A stretch of DNA of 17,846 nt from Ginkgo biloba (Eukaryota; Plantae; Ginkgophyta), in NCBI GenBank assembly GCA_024626585.2, contig JANKJI020000002.1:11737882-11755727 (forward strand), in the 5' to 3' direction. Under the pieces are notes generated by a model. It searched no databases, was not told the origin of the DNA, and saw only the letters and a program-made list of their open reading frames with translations. Position 1 is the stretch's first letter, and each line of letters starts with the position of its first letter. Of the stretch, positions 14,781 through 17,846 are shown in pieces. The translations under genes were made by a program, and so were the position numbers.

Positions 14781-15213
14781 TGGGGGTAAGTTGTCAAAAT
14801 ACAGTAGCCCTCGAAATTGACAAAGGACTCCAACAATGGCACGGGGCTTTACAATGCACCAAAGCACCACCTTGTTCAACTTCCATGTCAATTCCTCTAG
14901 CATGTGGCAAATGTCCACATCAACCAACTTTAGCCAAGAAGTCAAAACAAACAATTTTATAAGTACATTCCCAGTTACTGCTAGAGACATTATAAAAGCT
15001 CACATAAGCATAAAAGCAGGGGTTTGCTTAGTCATGAGAAAAGAGAGAGACATCAAGAGAAGACCAAGTGTTAACAAAGGTCAAAGAGAATTTCTCAAAC
15101 TTTTCCTCCTCTATCTTCCATCTTTAAGCTTAAGCCTCTATTTTTCTAAGTTGTATGTTGATCCTCGTATGAGGAAGCAATTGTATCCGCTTTGATTAAC
15201 AATCCCGTCTTTA
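14781..15213 (+). mobile_element. Possible polypurine tract plus LTR segment
   Basis: tgggggtaag is followed by TGT at 14792, then a TATA-like tataaaag near 14991 and purine-rich then pyrimidine-rich tracts. It is cut by a gap. The evidence is compositional only. Confidence 0.3.
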
Positions 15214-15857
15214 NNNNNNNNNNNNNNNNNNNNNNNNNNNNNNNNNNNNNNNNNNNNNNNNNNNNNNNTAGAGCATCTCAATTTCTTTCTTAAATGAAAG
15301 TAATATTTCATATATGAATGCAACTTGTGAATGTGATTTTAGACTTGCTTTAATTTACTTCCATTGTACACGTTATGGGTTTCAAATCAACAATGCTTGG
15401 GTGACGCTCGAACATTTGGAAACCACCAAATGACAGTCTGACAGATAATGGATGGAAATATTCACATAACTTGGAACAATTGTTGGGGTTTGGTACGTCA
15501 TCTATCGCCAAAGATCACCCACCAACTTATACAAGGTTTCCNNNNNNNNNNNNNNNNNNNNNNNNNNNNNNNNNNNNNNNNNNNNNNNNNNNNNNNNNNN
15601 NNNNNNNNNNNNNNNNNNNNNNNNNNNNNNNNNNNNNNNNNAGGATGTTTATATGCTTCCACCTTCTTATCCTTCTTTTCTTATTTTATTATGATTGATC
15701 TATTGTAATGGGATTTTATTGCATGATCATCATTCACTTCTTGTACTTGAACTAAGTGACTTATTTTACCATACGTTTATGATGGTTTTTATGATCTTTT
15801 TATTGAGTATCAATATCTCTTTATTCTCTTGCAAGTAGTTTGATGTTGGTCATTAAA

Positions 15858-16032
15858 GATTGAAGACGAACCCAAATAAAGTTCAGGTGATCATTTGCAT
15901 GAAGCCTTTAAGACCAACCCGAACAAAATGAGATCTTTCCATGGCCATGTAGGCTACTACTAGAAATTTGTCAACAATTAGCTAAAAAAGAAAATCTCTT
16001 GGATCAATTGTTATAGAAAGGAGCTTACTTCC
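15858..16032 (+). mobile_element. Degenerate Ty3/Gypsy RT thumb/connection fragment
   Basis: The plus strand reads LKTNPNKVQVIICMKP...KMRSFHGHVGYY*KFVNN...LDQLL*K, equivalent to DPxKVxVI...RSFLGHVGYYRxFIxNF...PLxxLL. Confidence 0.75.
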
Positions 16033-16079
16033 TAGGGGTCGTACCAGCAACAAGCTTGATCCATTTTTGGATTGGAAAT

Positions 16080-17050
16080 CATTTTTTATCTATTTTAGAA
16101 CAATCACTTTTTGGGCGAATTTGAGGATAATCCATACAGATTTAGTCGATTCTTAATGAAGGAAAGTCATAGCCCTTGTCATCATCTTTAAAACGAGCAC
16201 AAGAACACGAAAAATGAAGCTACGGTTCAAAAGTTATGACCAAATTAGTGACTGCCTATCTTTATGGAACTGTTTTACAAACCGATTGCATAAGATGCAA
16301 TCGGAGTGTACTTCGGAATGCAACCAAAGTGTATTTCTTATGCAACCGGCGTGTATTTTTACAAGCCAATCCTCTTCTCTGACCGCATCTTTTTACACAT
16401 CGGTCGGATCTGATGCAACCAAAGAGTAAAATAAAAAATCGAGAAAATCCATTTTTTTCAAAAAATGAGAAAAAACGACCGACGACGAACAGGGTGTCCT
16501 CGTCATTGCCACGTCATGGCAACCGCCAATCAAATTCCGCTATGCAACAAGTGGACTTCCTTTTGGCAGTTGGGAAATCGAAGGGATGATGAGAAAATGG
16601 AAGGCTAACAGACAGGAAAATAAAAATAGAGAACAAAGAAGACAAAGAGGACAGAGAGAGAGAGAGGAGGAACACAAACTCAGAGAAGGAAGTTGGGATA
16701 GTTTTGTGTTCGGCAACGAAAACAGAGAATTTCTACAAGACGAAGAGTGTGAGAGAGTCTTTTGGAAAGATGGAAAAGCTCCACACAATCATGGGAATTG
16801 TTTTTACTGTGAAGCTTTCGTGGTTTGCATAGGCACAATGACTGTAAGCCTTGTTATTTATGACAGAATTTTAATGTATTATGGAGTTTTATTCCCCAAA
16901 AGGATTTCTCTAGTTAAAAAGTTTTGTTTGTCTCTATGTACGAATTTGTCTATCTATTTTATTTCCGTTATTGAATTTTTGGATTCAAGTTGATAGGATT
17001 GCATACAATTCCAGACATAGTAGTTATTAATTTCTTTTGCAATAAGTTAA
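16080..17050. mobile_element. Repeat-derived, LTR-like non-coding segment
   Basis: It is locally richer in CpG than its flanks and contains cggttcaaaagttatg, ccacgtca and a GA-rich tract, all common in plant Gypsy LTRs. No ends could be defined. Confidence 0.3.
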
Positions 17051-17266
17051 CTCAAGGATCTATAGTTAGTGATATTGAGAAATTCTAACTTTCCCATTGA
17101 GATACAAATCAATCCTCCCAGCACCTACATCCCAACTTTACGTGTCTAAAATCTCGATCTTTTCCTAGCTCCTACGTCCCAATTGGTTCTCTCAAGCCAC
17201 TATCCAGCCTCTCTCTCTCTCACGTGACACATCTTGTTTGGCCGCAATTGTCAACGCAATTAGGTG

Positions 17267-17492
17267 GACAAATTTGCATCAACTAGTATTTACCGTAACT
17301 TTGAAGGTGATCAACTCTTAAATGGAGGTCTACATTGACAAATTTGCATTGGCCCTTGGGCTCTCAAGGAAATTGGCATTGGCTCTCTGAGTAGATTTGA
17401 GCCGGCNNNNNNNNNNAGCTTATTTGCATCGGGACTTCAAACAAGTTTGCATTGGCTTTTGTCCACGTTGGACGTCAACTCAACTCATTGGC
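17267..17492. repeat. Dispersed short repeat (a)atttgcat(tggc), 5-6 degenerate copies
   Basis: Copies near 17271, 17341, 17371, 17421 and 17444, with a partial copy at 17486. Confidence 0.6.
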
Positions 17493-17627
17493 TCAATTCG
17501 CTTTAGTTTTCACATATATATACAAATATTCCTTTCTGAAAGATGTTGTGGAATAATGGGTGTAGGTTATGAGATCTCTAGTCTAGTGCGATAGAGAAGA
17601 CATTAGTGCCTCAAGCCTCCAACTCCC

Positions 17628-17797
17628 AGCATCCTACAAATTTGAGCTTGTAGTATCAAAGCCTCAAGGTCATTTCCTTCCCTCCTCCAACACCTAGTGC
17701 CTAGCATCTTACAAATCTAAGCTTGTCCCTACATCATACTCTTAATCTACTTTCTGACCTCTACCATCCACTACTTACTCTAAGCTTGTCTCTACAT
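17628..17797. repeat. Degenerate direct repeat agcatc(c/t)tacaaat(t/c)t(g/a)agcttgt, 2 copies plus a partial third
   Basis: Copies at about 17628, 17703 and 17779 (tctaagcttgtc(c/t)ctacat). Confidence 0.6.
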
Positions 17798-17846
17798 ACT
17801 GCTCTCAACCAAACCAGATTGTCTGAGCATACCCTAAACATGCCTC

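Noticed and set aside
16540-16993. 135-aa plus-strand ORF and 82-aa antisense ORF
   Set aside because: Their composition comes from a GA/CT low-complexity tract in LTR-like DNA; no recognisable domain.

Overview
This is AT-rich plant nuclear DNA from a draft assembly, with 11 N-gaps, five of them exactly 100 N (probably placeholders of unknown size). The only intact gene is the middle of a minus-strand, multi-exon, bacterial-type (chloroplast/mitochondrial) tryptophanyl-tRNA synthetase, OVA4-like. Six exons between 9501 and 12462 have canonical GT-AG ends and consistent phases. Three expected parts are not in the visible sequence: the 5' HIGH-motif exon(s), one internal exon of about 30 codons, and the exons from MSKS onward. 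The rest of the window is therefore probably long introns filled with decayed LTR-retrotransposon pieces: Ty3/Gypsy RT, gag zinc knuckle, integrase tail, PBS/LTR-like segments and a possible Copia remnant. Nearly all supplied ORFs are spurious. I found no convincing novel system. The best leads are a missing in-frame exon, a candidate poison cassette exon and an intronic hairpin.
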